The position numbers and the translations under genes are program-made. Source: Phycisphaeraceae bacterium (GTDB lineage: Bacteria; Planctomycetota; Phycisphaerae; Phycisphaerales; Phycisphaeraceae). From it: 64,000 nucleotides of DNA. The DNA lies in NCBI GenBank assembly GCA_963674705.1, contig OY771506.1, forward strand, positions 4,896,001 through 4,960,000. The letters are read 5' to 3'. Below the pieces are notes generated by a model. It saw only the letters and a list, made by a program, of their open reading frames with translations. It was not told the origin of the DNA and did no database searches. Numbering within the stretch: the stretch's first letter is position 1; every line of letters begins with the position of its first letter. Below are positions 1-9,110 of the stretch, piece after piece.

Positions 1-694
1 CAAGATCGAAGCCCTCGACAGCAGCCAGAACATCGGCCCGGAAGATCAGGCCAAACTCATGGCCAGGCTCGACACGCTCATTGCGTTCAACAACACGCTA
101 CCCGATAACGCCCGTTTCGTCGGCATCCACTACGACATCGAGCCACAGGTCACCAAGCCTTTCAAAGCGTCTTACGAATCGCGCATCATCGTCATGCGTG
201 ACATGCTCACGTTCTTTGCCGGCGTCAACGCGAAGCTGCGGCATGATGCGCCCGACATGACGCTCGCCTGCGACATCGCCATGTGGCTCGACGTGCGCAC
301 CGAAGGCGAACGCAGTTGCATGGTCGAGTTCCTCGGCCAGACCAAAAACCTCCAGGCACACATCCAGGACCTCACCGACTACATCGGCGTCATGTCCTAC
401 CGACGATTCGCCACCGGTGAAAACTCCGTCACCTATCACATCAAGACTGAAGTCGATTACGCCAACAAGATCGGCCGCGGCGTCTGCGCCGGCGTCGAGA
501 CCGGCAAGAAAACCGCCGATCCCTCCGAAACCAGCACGATCTCTTTCTACGGCCTCCCCTCAAATGTCTTCTGGGATGAAGTCAACAAGATCCACGAAAC
601 CTATCAAGGCCAAAGCGGTTACCACGGCGTACTCATCCACTGCTACGGCCGCTTCCAGGAATACCTCGAAGACAACCCACCGAAACAAAATTAA
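1..694 (+). CDS. Hypothetical protein, 5'-truncated by the window edge (possible TIM-barrel glycoside-hydrolase-like fold)
   Basis: Frame is open from the window start with genome-typical codon usage; GIHYDIEP and DYIGVMSY motifs resemble GH-like barrels. Confidence 0.55.
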   Translation, partial: KIEALDSSQNIGPEDQAKLMARLDTLIAFNNTLPDNARFVGIHYDIEPQVTKPFKASYESRIIVMRDMLTFFAGVNAKLRHDAPDMTLACDIAMWLDVRTEGERSCMVEFLGQTKNLQAHIQDLTDYIGVMSYRRFATGENSVTYHIKTEVDYANKIGRGVCAGVETGKKTADPSETSTISFYGLPSNVFWDEVNKIHETYQGQSGYHGVLIHCYGRFQEYLEDNPPKQN

Positions 695-884
695 AACATC
701 AAACAATACCCTGAGCATATAACCAGAACTGCCACCTACTGCTGTTCTGCGCGCAGCGGTCTGCATGCAGATAGGCCCATCTCCAGATACTCGGGTTAAC
801 CTGATTAATCCCGGACATACGTCCGTATATCCTGCAATATCAAGCAAAACAACATGATAAAGCGGATACGGACTTACCCGCGAG

Positions 885-912
885 TCAATTTAACGCCAAT
901 CTGTGTCGATAA
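885..912 (+). promoter_or_regulatory. Putative sigma-28 (FliA-type) promoter for the MCP gene
   Basis: TCAA-N16-GTCGATAA upstream of a chemoreceptor gene. Confidence 0.4.
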
Positions 913-1038
913 ACAAACCAGAAAATACTAATTGCATACGGACTGTACCACGCTCGTTGTGTCCGTGAAGTTTCAATCTAGATCCAGGAACGGCTCTGTA
1001 GTGCTACCGGAATCGGATCACTTGAAGTAGGGAGTACC

Positions 1039-2955
1039 ATGAAGTTCCACCTGAAAACACGTGGTCGTCTTATCGCCATCATCAGCCCTTTACTCTTAGC
1101 CGCCTGTTCGATAGTCGCTGCGACAGCATACTTCAACGCCGCAAACGCTCTGACTGATAACGCGGGGATGAGCCTGACACTCGTTGCCGAGCAGAGCGCC
1201 TCGATCATCGAGACCGAAGTTGAATTGCAGATAGTTGCTATCGAAGGCATCGCTCACCAAGCCACGATCCAAAGCATGGACATGGATCGCTGCATCCCCG
1301 TGCTGGAGAAGGAAACCGCTCGCATGGGTTACCTGGGCATGGGCATCGTCACACCCGACTACGTCGCCCATTACCCCGACGGCAGCACCACCGATCTCAC
1401 CGGCCGTGACTACGTCAAGAAAGCGTTTGCCGGTGAAACCAATCTCTCAGACGTCATCATCAGCCGCAAGATCAACGCGCCCGTCATGATGGCCGCAGCC
1501 CCTATACATGACGGCGACAAAATCGTCGGCGTGCTGATCGGCCGCCTGCCCGGTTCCGTGCTCAGCGATATCACCGCCAATATCCGATACGGCGACGGTG
1601 GCTACGCCTACGCTATCGACGGAAAAGGCACGCTGATCGCTCATGACAACATCGACCTCGTCATGGATCAACGCAACTTCATCGAAGAAGGTAAAACCGA
1701 TGAAAAGTACGCAATGCTCGGTGGCATGATGCAGAAGATGACCGAAGGCAAGAGCGGCTTTGAACAGTACTGGTTCTCCGGCAGCGATCGCTTCTTCGGT
1801 TACGCGCCGATCCACGGCACCGACTGGTCCATCGCCGTCGGCGCCGAACGCGACCAGGTTCTCGCACGTCAGAAGCAACTGCTCTGGCAGGTCAGCGGCA
1901 TCACCGCACTGATCGTCGGCATCGGCGTCGTCGTCATCTGGCTCGCCGCCATGGGTATCACACGCCCCATCGCACGCATGGTCGAACGCTTCAAAGACAT
2001 CGCCGAGGGTGAAGGCGACCTGACCCAACGCGTCGACGAGTCACGCAAGGATGAAATCGGCGAACTCGGCAAGTGGTTCAACCGCTTCCTCGGACAGATC
2101 CACGATACCGTCTCCGAGGTCTCGCAATCCAGCAGCGAAGTCGCCTCCGCCGCCACGGAAATCGCCGCATCCTGCGAGGAGATGGCCGCGTCCATCGCCG
2201 AACAGTCCGAGCAGGTCCGCCAGATGTCCGAAGCCATCGATAACGTGTCCGAATCGATCACAGGCGTGGCGAATCAATCCGAGGAAGGTGTACGCCAGGC
2301 ACAGGAAGCCGGCCACGTCGCCGAAGAAGGCGGCCAGGTTGTCTCCCGCACCATCGAAGACATGAACCTGATCAGCGAGGCCGTCGCCAGTTCCGCCGCC
2401 AGCGTCGCCGAACTCGGTGAACGCGGCAAGCAGATCGGCCAGATCATCGAGGTCATCAACGACATCGCCGACCAGACCAACCTTCTCGCGCTCAACGCCG
2501 CCATCGAAGCCGCACGCGCCGGAGAGCACGGCCGAGGCTTCGCCGTCGTCGCCGACGAGGTCCGCAAACTCGCCGACCGCACGACCAAGGCGACCGAAGA
2601 AATCGGCGAGTCCATCTCCGCCATCCAGTCCGGCACCGATCAGGCCGTCGAGAAGATGAACTCGGGCACGGAACAGGTCGCCCGTGGTACGGAACAGGCA
2701 TCCCAGGCCGGTGAAAGCCTCAGCAAGATCGTGACGTCCGCCGATGCCGTCCGCGATGTCATCCAGAACATCGCCGGCGCCATGCAGCAACAGGCCGCCG
2801 CCAGCGAAGAGCTGTCCCGCAACATCGAGACGATTTCCTCCGCCGGCCAGCAGGCAACCCAAGGCACGAACCAGGCCGCCGAGGCTGCATCGCATCTGTC
2901 CGAAAAGGCAGAGCAACTTCGCCGCATCGTCGGCCGCTTCAAAATCGCGGCTTAA
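1039..2955 (+). CDS. Methyl-accepting chemotaxis protein (TM, dCache, TM, HAMP, MCP signalling domain)
   Basis: [37 protein letters not shown] signature, HAMP ([18 protein letters not shown]), Cache-type periplasmic region; SD GGGAG. Confidence 0.95.
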   Translation: MKFHLKTRGRLIAIISPLLLAACSIVAATAYFNAANALTDNAGMSLTLVAEQSASIIETEVELQIVAIEGIAHQATIQSMDMDRCIPVLEKETARMGYLGMGIVTPDYVAHYPDGSTTDLTGRDYVKKAFAGETNLSDVIISRKINAPVMMAAAPIHDGDKIVGVLIGRLPGSVLSDITANIRYGDGGYAYAIDGKGTLIAHDNIDLVMDQRNFIEEGKTDEKYAMLGGMMQKMTEGKSGFEQYWFSGSDRFFGYAPIHGTDWSIAVGAERDQVLARQKQLLWQVSGITALIVGIGVVVIWLAAMGITRPIARMVERFKDIAEGEGDLTQRVDESRKDEIGELGKWFNRFLGQIHDTVSEVSQSSSEVASAATEIAASCEEMAASIAEQSEQVRQMSEAIDNVSESITGVANQSEEGVRQAQEAGHVAEEGGQVVSRTIEDMNLISEAVASSAASVAELGERGKQIGQIIEVINDIADQTNLLALNAAIEAARAGEHGRGFAVVADEVRKLADRTTKATEEIGESISAIQSGTDQAVEKMNSGTEQVARGTEQASQAGESLSKIVTSADAVRDVIQNIAGAMQQQAAASEELSRNIETISSAGQQATQGTNQAAEAASHLSEKAEQLRRIVGRFKIAA

Positions 2956-2994
2956 CCAATAATCCTCAACACAACCACAAACTCGACACAAACC

Positions 2995-3040
2995 AGCTCC
3001 GCATCACTGATTGTTCTTTTCAGTCATGCGGGGCTTTTTT
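2995..3040 (+). terminator. Rho-independent terminator after the MCP gene
   Basis: AGCTCCGCAT..CTGA / TCAG..ATGCGGGGCT stem followed by a T tract. Confidence 0.75.
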
Positions 3041-3083
3041 CATACCCGCTAACGCCTTGATATGACGTCGCTTCTGTCCCCAC

Positions 3084-3111
3084 TTAACCCTCCACCATAT
3101 TGTGCCGATAA
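3084..3111 (+). promoter_or_regulatory. Putative sigma-28 promoter
   Basis: TAAC-N15-GCCGATAA (perfect FliA -10 element) 33 nt before the ATG of the small membrane protein. Confidence 0.5.
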
Positions 3112-3144
3112 CGTTGCAGCGATACCCGCTGCCGGAGAATTTCC

Positions 3145-3348
3145 ATGGACCCCACCATGATCATGCTTTCGATGCTGTTCGGTTCGATCGGGATGGGTAT
3201 GTTCATTTTTGGAAAGAAACAAGGCCGACCGGTCCCCCTCTTCGCCGGCCTGCTGCTGATGGTCATCCCCTACATCATCCCCAACACCATCGCGATGTCC
3301 TGCGTCGCCGTCCTCTTAACCGTCGCCCCCTTCTTCATCGCGATCTGA
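3145..3348 (+). CDS. Small hydrophobic membrane protein (67 aa)
   Basis: SD GGAG; pattern LFGSIGMGMFIFGKKQ...LMVIPY with 2-3 hydrophobic helices. Confidence 0.75.
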   Translation: MDPTMIMLSMLFGSIGMGMFIFGKKQGRPVPLFAGLLLMVIPYIIPNTIAMSCVAVLLTVAPFFIAI

Positions 3349-3366
3349 TTTAAACAATCCCCCAAA

Positions 3367-3384
3367 GCTGCTTGTGGCTTAGCG
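3367..3384 (+). repeat. REP-like family B copy (consensus GCCGCTTGCGGCTTAGCG), degenerate
   Basis: GCTGCTTGTGGCTTAGCG; other copies at 4812, 8544, 10176, 10913, 12545. Confidence 0.7.
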
Positions 3385-3392
3385 CTTCCCCC

Positions 3393-3430
3393 CCAACGCC
3401 GGTCCTGAGCGCAGCGAAGGTCCGGGTATC
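3393..3430 (+). repeat. Dispersed repeat CCAACGCCGGTCCTGAGCGCAGCGAAGG(nn)CGGGTATC, copy 1
   Basis: 28 nt identical and 36/38 nt matching 55979-56016. Confidence 0.85.
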
Positions 3431-3437
3431 AGAATAC

Positions 3438-3510
3438 GCAATCTCAATTCGCTAATCTCTAATCGCTACCCCCACTCCACACATTAGCGATTAACGATTA
3501 AATATTAACA
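3438..3510. repeat. Degenerate 7-mer tandem arms in inverted orientation (AATCGCT / AGCGATT)
   Basis: caatctcaattcgctaatctctaatcgcta ... ttagcgattaacgattaaatattaac. Confidence 0.55.
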
Positions 3511-3552
3511 GTCCCCGTGCATTCCATCCCGCTGGCATTTACCATACCCATC

Positions 3553-4704
3553 ATGAACCATCGCCAGCGCTTCCTTAACACGATGCACTACCAGCCGGTC
3601 GATCGCGCCCCGCTATACGACTTCAACTTCTGGGATGAAACCCTTCCGCTCTGGCACGAGCAGGGTCTGCCCAAATCCATCAATCAACAAAACGCCTACG
3701 AATTCTTTGGCCTCGACGCGTCTCTCGGCGGCGGAGAACCACCCAACTGGAACGGCGGTATCAGGCACACGCTTTTCCCGCTGTTTCCCATCGAGGTCCT
3801 CGAAGATAAAGGCCAAACGCAAATCATCCGCGATGAGATCGGCGTCATCGTCGAAACCGCAAAAGAAGGCTGCCTTTCCATCCCCAAACACATCGGCCAC
3901 ACGCTCGTCGACCGCGACACCTGGCGCAAACACTACAAACCCCGGCTTGATCCCGACACACCCGGCCGCATGCCCGTCAATCTGGATCAACACGCCAACC
4001 TCTGGGCAGACCCCAACCGCGAACACCCGATCTTCCAAGGCATCGGCTCGCTCTACGGCTACATCCGCAACTGGATGGGCCTGGAGAACGTCGCCATGGT
4101 CCCCTATGACGATCCCGCATGGTTCGAGGAAATGGTCACAACACTCGCGGACTTACAGATCGGCCTGCTCGAAAAATGCTTTGCGCTCGGCGCGAAGTTC
4201 GATGCCTGCCACTTCTGGGAAGACATGTGCTTCAACGCCGGCCCCATGCTCACGCCCGAACACTTCAAGCAGTTCCTCGTCCCACAATACAAACGTATCA
4301 CCAGTCTGCTCAACGCTAACGGCTGCGACATCGTCTGGGTCGACTGCGACGGCCTGATCGATCACCTCTTGCCCCTCTGGCTCGAAGCAGGCGTCAACTG
4401 CATGTTCCCCATCGAAGTCGGCACGTGGAACGCCGACCCCATCGCCTACCGCAAACAGTACGGCAAGGACCTGCTGCTCATGGGCGGCTACAACAAACGC
4501 ATCCTCGCACAATCCAAAGATGCGATCTCTCAAGAAATCAATCGCCTCACCCCGCTTATCGAACAAGGCGGCTTCATCGGCTTCTGCGACCACCGCGTCC
4601 CCCCCGATGTCCCCTTGGAAAACTACCTGCACTACTGCCACGAAGTAAGAAAACACTGGGGAAACAACACCGATTTACCAACCATGCACGCCATGGATTC
4701 CTGA
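3553..4704 (+). CDS. Uroporphyrinogen decarboxylase-like family protein (MtaA/CmuA/URO-D superfamily)
   Basis: MNHRQRF...PVDR start, FWEDM, VDCDG, GGFIGFCDHRVPPDVPLENY motifs; start refined to ATG 3553. Confidence 0.85.
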   Translation: MNHRQRFLNTMHYQPVDRAPLYDFNFWDETLPLWHEQGLPKSINQQNAYEFFGLDASLGGGEPPNWNGGIRHTLFPLFPIEVLEDKGQTQIIRDEIGVIVETAKEGCLSIPKHIGHTLVDRDTWRKHYKPRLDPDTPGRMPVNLDQHANLWADPNREHPIFQGIGSLYGYIRNWMGLENVAMVPYDDPAWFEEMVTTLADLQIGLLEKCFALGAKFDACHFWEDMCFNAGPMLTPEHFKQFLVPQYKRITSLLNANGCDIVWVDCDGLIDHLLPLWLEAGVNCMFPIEVGTWNADPIAYRKQYGKDLLLMGGYNKRILAQSKDAISQEINRLTPLIEQGGFIGFCDHRVPPDVPLENYLHYCHEVRKHWGNNTDLPTMHAMDS

Positions 4705-4709
4705 CGCAT

Positions 4710-4749
4710 ACTCCCTCTCCCCCCGGGAGAGGGCCGGGGTGAGGGCCGG
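4710..4749. repeat. REP-like family A (CCCTCTCCC..GGGAGAGGG..GGGGTGAGGG), single arm
   Basis: Matches 8392-8431 and 10035-10075. Confidence 0.8.
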
Positions 4750-4811
4750 ATGAAGCTTCATCTACCAACAAATCAAGGTCGCTAATCTCCACAAAACACC
4801 TATAAATATAG

Positions 4812-4829
4812 GCCGCTTGCGGCTTAGCG
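4812..4829 (+). repeat. REP-like family B copy
   Basis: GCCGCTTGCGGCTTAGCG exact. Confidence 0.8.
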
Positions 4830-4846
4830 AAACATAAACCTAACCC

Positions 4847-5689
4847 ATGCCAATCACCGCCACCAACTTCAAACGTATCTACGACCCGTCCATCGGTGAA
4901 GATCAACCCTGGTACATCAACGACCACTGCTTCATGCAGGACGACGCCGGGCTCTGGCACCTTTTCGGTATCACGCATGCCGAACCCGCTTCGCCGCTGG
5001 ATGAAAAGCACTTCGCGCACGCAACCAGCAACGACCTCTGGGCCGAGCAATGGGACAAACAGCCGCCGGTCTTACACGCAGATGAAAACCTCGGCGAAAC
5101 CCACGTCTGGGCGCCGCACATCATCAGGCACGACAATCAATACTGGATGTTCTACTGCGCAGGCGGCGACGACCACACACGCTACCGCATCCACCTCGCC
5201 ACTTCCCCCGACCTCTGGCAATGGACCCGACACGCAATAAACCCTTTGATTACCGATGGTTTTGATGCACGCGACCCGATGGTGCTGCACGTCGGCAGCG
5301 AATGGATCATGTACTACACCGCCACCCGACCCGCGACAGGCGGCGTCCACGTCGTGCTCGCCACACGCAGTAGCGACCTCATCCAATGGTCGAATCCCAT
5401 CGTCGTTTTCGAAAGCAACAAGTCCGGCACGTTCGGCGGGCCGACCGAATCACCGTTCGTCATCCATCACAACAACCGCTACTACCTTGGCATGTGTCTT
5501 GGTGAACCCTACGCTTGCACCGCGTTCTACCAAAGCGATGATCCGATGCATTGGGATATCCGTAACGAAGTCGGCCGCGTCCCCGCACACGCCGCCGAAG
5601 TCATCGCCCTGCCCGATCACAAGTACGCCGTCTCCCACTGCGGCTGGGGCCAGGGCGGTGTCTACCTCGCCGAAATGTTGATCGACTGA
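4847..5689 (+). CDS. Five-bladed beta-propeller glycoside hydrolase (GH32/GH43/GH68 clan)
   Basis: WYINDH, WAP, ARDP and TESP motifs; repeated S.DL..W blades. Confidence 0.85.
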   Translation: MPITATNFKRIYDPSIGEDQPWYINDHCFMQDDAGLWHLFGITHAEPASPLDEKHFAHATSNDLWAEQWDKQPPVLHADENLGETHVWAPHIIRHDNQYWMFYCAGGDDHTRYRIHLATSPDLWQWTRHAINPLITDGFDARDPMVLHVGSEWIMYYTATRPATGGVHVVLATRSSDLIQWSNPIVVFESNKSGTFGGPTESPFVIHHNNRYYLGMCLGEPYACTAFYQSDDPMHWDIRNEVGRVPAHAAEVIALPDHKYAVSHCGWGQGGVYLAEMLID

Positions 5690-5865
5690 TGCCTGGATCT
5701 ATCTGCCTGCCGGGATCATGCGCACATCATGAAACTTGCCCTGCCGACAAAGACATCAATACCGCCATCATGCGCACACCCACCGATCGCGACAGCACTG
5801 TGCGCACCGATAGTGGTGGATAACCGACCTATCGTGATTTAAGAATTTGACAATGACGCTGTAAT

Positions 5866-6471
5866 CTAGCAGCCTACTTTTCGGCGTCGTTTCAACTCAT
5901 CAGAGATCGCCTGGACCGCCTCGTCGACAGCCTGCTCGAGCTTGTCGTTGACGATGAACTTGTCGTACACACCGCACTCCCGCGCCCGCGCGATCTCGTG
6001 CTTGGCCTTGGCGAAACGGCCGCGGATCGTCTGCTCATCCTCTCGCTGCCGACAACGCAACCGATGCAGCAGCGCATCTTCGCTCGGCGGATCGATGAAC
6101 AGCGCGAAGCAGTCCGGCATGTTCTGCTTGATCTGCACCGCACCTTCAACATCGATCTCAAGGATCACGATCCGGCCCTGCGCCAGAAACTCTTCAACTG
6201 GTCGGCGCGGTGTGCCGTAGTAGTTGCCGAACACTTCCGCCCATTCCAGCAGGTTGCCCGCATCACGCTGGCGTTTGAACTCGGCGACGTCCACGAAGTA
6301 GTAGTCAACGCCTTCGGTATCTTCAGCGGTGATCGGGCGCGTCGTCAACGACACACTGAACGCGGCGTTGACACGTGTGCGGACGTGATGCGTGATCGTG
6401 GTCTTCCCCACCCCGGACGGACCAGAGATAATCAGCAACAAACCCGGGCGAGAATCATCGGTGTTTTCCAT
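5866..6471 (-). CDS. gmk: Guanylate kinase
   Basis: GPSGVGKTT P-loop, SVSLTTR, GVDYYF, GNYYGT, LEIDVEGA. Confidence 0.96.
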   Translation of the reverse strand: MENTDDSRPGLLLIISGPSGVGKTTITHHVRTRVNAAFSVSLTTRPITAEDTEGVDYYFVDVAEFKRQRDAGNLLEWAEVFGNYYGTPRRPVEEFLAQGRIVILEIDVEGAVQIKQNMPDCFALFIDPPSEDALLHRLRCRQREDEQTIRGRFAKAKHEIARARECGVYDKFIVNDKLEQAVDEAVQAISDELKRRRKVGC

Positions 6472-6501
6472 CCGAAAGTTATACCAGAGAGTAGAAGGAT
6501 T

Positions 6502-6610
6502 GAAAAACTAGAAAACTGGAAAACTAGAAAACTGGAAATGAAAACAAAGACAGGTATGCAGCACGCTGCCTTTATTTCCAGCTTTCTAGCTTTCCAGTTT
6601 TCCAGATTTA
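6502..6610. repeat. Inverted arms of 8-mer tandem repeats (GAAAACTR)n ... (TTTCYAGN)n
   Basis: gaaaactagaaaactggaaaactagaaaactggaaa ... tttccagctttctagctttccagttttccaga fills the pyrB-gmk spacer. Confidence 0.8.
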
Positions 6611-6611
6611 C

Positions 6612-7574
6612 TTACCCCGCCGGCGCTCCACTGACAAGGAACAGCGCCGCCATCCGCACGCTCAGGCCGTTGGCGACCTGCTGGAGGATGGCGGAGTTCG
6701 GGCCGTCGGCGACGGCGGATTCGATCTCCAGGCCGCGGTTCATCGGGCCCGGGTGCATGACCAGAACGTCGGGCTTAGCTTTGGCCATGCGCTTCGTGGT
6801 CAGGCCGAACTGTGCGGTGTATTCACGCATGCTCGGGAATGCCTGGCTGGTCAGCCGCTCGAACTGGATCCGCAGCATGTTGATCACATCGACGCGCGGC
6901 AGCACATCTTCAAGATTGTTCGATACTTCACAACCGAGGTCGGTAAACGCGCCGGGTACGAGCGTCGGCGGGCCGACGAGGATCACCTTTGCGCCCAGTT
7001 TTAACAGGCCATATACGTTCGAACGTGCGACGCGGCTGTGAGCGATGTCGCCGACGATCGCGACGGTTAAACCGCTGAAGTCAAAGCCATCGGTTCGCTC
7101 TTTACGCTTCGCGATCGTAAGCATGTCGAGCAGGCCCTGCGTCGGGTGCTCGTGTTGGCCGTCGCCTGCATTGACGACAGAACACTTCACCGACCGTGCA
7201 AGGTGTACCGCTGCGCCGCTGTGATGATGGCGACAGACGATCACATCGATGCCCATCGCTTCGATGTTGCGTGCGGTGTCGACGAGTGTTTCGCCCTTGG
7301 ATACGCTCGAACCTTTGCCCGCCATTTCCAACACATCGGCGGACAATCGGCTCGCCGCAAGGTGGAAGCTTGCGCGTGTTCGGGTTGAGTCTTCGAAGAA
7401 GAGATTGACGACGACCTTGCCGCGCAGTGCGGGCACTTTCTTCACGCTGCGTGTGGAGACGCCTTCAAAGCCTAACGCGGTGGTCAACAGGAAACGAATG
7501 TCTTCGGCCGAGAGGTCCTCCAGGCCAAGCAAGTGATGATGTGGCCAGTGATACTCCGACTTCGACTCGGCCAA
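6612..7574 (-). CDS. pyrB: Aspartate carbamoyltransferase catalytic subunit
   Basis: FFEDSTRT, HEHPTQGLLD, MHPGPMNRG. Confidence 0.96.
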   Translation of the reverse strand: MAESKSEYHWPHHHLLGLEDLSAEDIRFLLTTALGFEGVSTRSVKKVPALRGKVVVNLFFEDSTRTRASFHLAASRLSADVLEMAGKGSSVSKGETLVDTARNIEAMGIDVIVCRHHHSGAAVHLARSVKCSVVNAGDGQHEHPTQGLLDMLTIAKRKERTDGFDFSGLTVAIVGDIAHSRVARSNVYGLLKLGAKVILVGPPTLVPGAFTDLGCEVSNNLEDVLPRVDVINMLRIQFERLTSQAFPSMREYTAQFGLTTKRMAKAKPDVLVMHPGPMNRGLEIESAVADGPNSAILQQVANGLSVRMAALFLVSGAPAG

Positions 7575-7576
7575 CG

Positions 7577-8146
7577 TCAGGCCCTTTCTTGTTCGTGTTC
7601 GTTATAAACCACGACCGCGTCCTGCTCGTCGGTCGGCTTGACCATGACTTGCACCTTCGCCCCGGGCTGCGGTGCATCCGACGAGCCTGCGGTCATATCC
7701 ATTGCAACAAAGTCCGGCGCGATAGGCAGCTCGCGTCCGCCGCGGTCGACCAGCACCGCCAGCCAGACGCGCCGCGGCCGGCCAAGGTCCATCAGCGACT
7801 GCAGCGCCGCGCGGATCGATCGGCCGGTCATCAACACATCGTCGACCAGCACGACGTTCAGGCCGTCGATCGCGAAGTCGATCTCGGTCGTGCGGACCAC
7901 CGCCTGCGAGCCGATCTCAGATAAGTCATCCCGGTAAAGCGTGATATCCAGCGTGCCGACCCGGCCCTGGAACTTGTCCGGCCCGAGCTTTTCGGCGATC
8001 CGTTGGGCCAGGACATCGCCCCGGCTACGCACGCCGACGAGCGCCCACTCGCCCGCGGCGGGGTCGGCATCCATCACCGCCTTGATCCGATCGCAAAGCG
8101 ACTCGATCAGTTGCTGGAATCGTTCATTTTCGGCGATCACACGCAT
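7577..8146 (-). CDS. pyrR: PyrR-family bifunctional regulator / uracil phosphoribosyltransferase
   Basis: LDITLYRDD, VLVDDVLMTGRSIRAA, VDRGGRELPI; start refined to ATG 8146 because the longer ORF N-terminus is repeat-derived. Confidence 0.9.
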   Translation of the reverse strand: MRVIAENERFQQLIESLCDRIKAVMDADPAAGEWALVGVRSRGDVLAQRIAEKLGPDKFQGRVGTLDITLYRDDLSEIGSQAVVRTTEIDFAIDGLNVVLVDDVLMTGRSIRAALQSLMDLGRPRRVWLAVLVDRGGRELPIAPDFVAMDMTAGSSDAPQPGAKVQVMVKPTDEQDAVVVYNEHEQERA

Positions 8147-8214
8147 GGTCGGCATGTTAGCGGAGTGCGGGGTGTTTTGCCAGTGGGCGGATTGGGGGCT
8201 TGAGAAAAGAGAAT

Positions 8215-8316
8215 TAGCCACGGATGAACACAGATGAACACAGATGAACACTGATAAGAATTGAGATATTCAGGCCGGGCCTGCATCCGTGTTTATCTGT
8301 GTTCATCCGTGGCTTA
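8215..8316. repeat. Family D MITE-like inverted element with 10-nt periodic arms
   Basis: TAGCCACGGATGAACACAGATGAACACAGATGAACAC ... GTGTTTATCTGTGTTCATCCGTGGCTTA. Confidence 0.85.
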
Positions 8317-8391
8317 ATCCAGGAGATCTGCGCGAAGCCGCGAGCGGCAATATTTGTTTAGCTATGTTGTCGTTAATTAAGGCAAGTGTTC

Positions 8392-8561
8392 ACCCCCTCT
8401 CCCCTCGGGTGAGGGCTGGGGTGAGGGCTGGATTGATTACGCGCTTTCTCAAACTGTTTACTCATGTGTTACAAAGCACGCACAATCAATCCGGCCCTCA
8501 TCCTAACCTTCTCCCGCCCCCGGAATAGGGAGAAGGGACCAGACGCTAAGCCGCGAGTGGC
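8392..8561. repeat. Composite repeat: inverted pair of family A arms plus one family B copy
   Basis: Arm 8392-8431, inverted arm 8491-8540, CGCTAAGCCGCGAGTGGC 8544-8561; same layout at 10035-10193. Confidence 0.85.
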
Positions 8562-8563
8562 TA

Positions 8564-8893
8564 TTAGTGTCTGGTCATGACAACCAAGACAATCATTGTC
8601 CCCCACGCACATGTCGCGAGGATACTCATGAAACAGATAAGACGGAACGCGGGGTATTTGCGTGGTGTGAGGATGGTTAATATCCAGGAGAGTATGAGAG
8701 ACAGCGGCATGATCAAGAACAGGTGTCCGAGGGATTCATGTGATGCGTTGCCGCACCAACTGTTCGAGTTGGGAGTGAGCAGGATGCCGAAGCAGATGAT
8801 GTAGATAGCAACAGTGATATTGATCAACCGGGCCAGGCCGGCGATGATCGGTTCTTCAGCACTTTGTGGCAATTTGGATTCGTTCGAATTCAC
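8564..8893 (-). CDS. Hypothetical membrane protein (about 3 TM)
   Basis: 109-aa ORF with three hydrophobic stretches; atypical, lower-GC codon usage. Confidence 0.5.
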   Translation of the reverse strand: MNSNESKLPQSAEEPIIAGLARLINITVAIYIICFGILLTPNSNSWCGNASHESLGHLFLIMPLSLILSWILTILTPRKYPAFRLICFMSILATCAWGTMIVLVVMTRH

Positions 8894-9110
8894 GACTTGC
8901 CCCCACGTATAACCCTATTCGTTGATACCTATGCTACTGCCGCAATCCGGGATGGGTATAAGATAGCCTGAACAGGCCCGAAGTTAAATAACTATTGAAC
9001 TTAAAACGCGTGGCTTTGTTTTTCGCAATCAAAATTAATTCACATTTTCTCGGCATATTCGCAAGAATGGTCAAGTAACGCCGCGGGTTCATGTGTACAC
9101 TTCTCGGATC

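Noticed and set aside
700..1038. c-di-GMP riboswitch upstream of the MCP
   Set aside because: No GGCAAACC..GAAA..GG.ACGCAAA GEMM core is visible
8215..8316. CRISPR-like array
   Set aside because: Units are contiguous 10-mers forming inverted arms, with no unique spacers and no cas genes
8147..8528. ORFs starting MFICVH.. (pyrR N-terminal extension and 8289-8528)
   Set aside because: They are translations of the family D and family A repeats, not coding sequence
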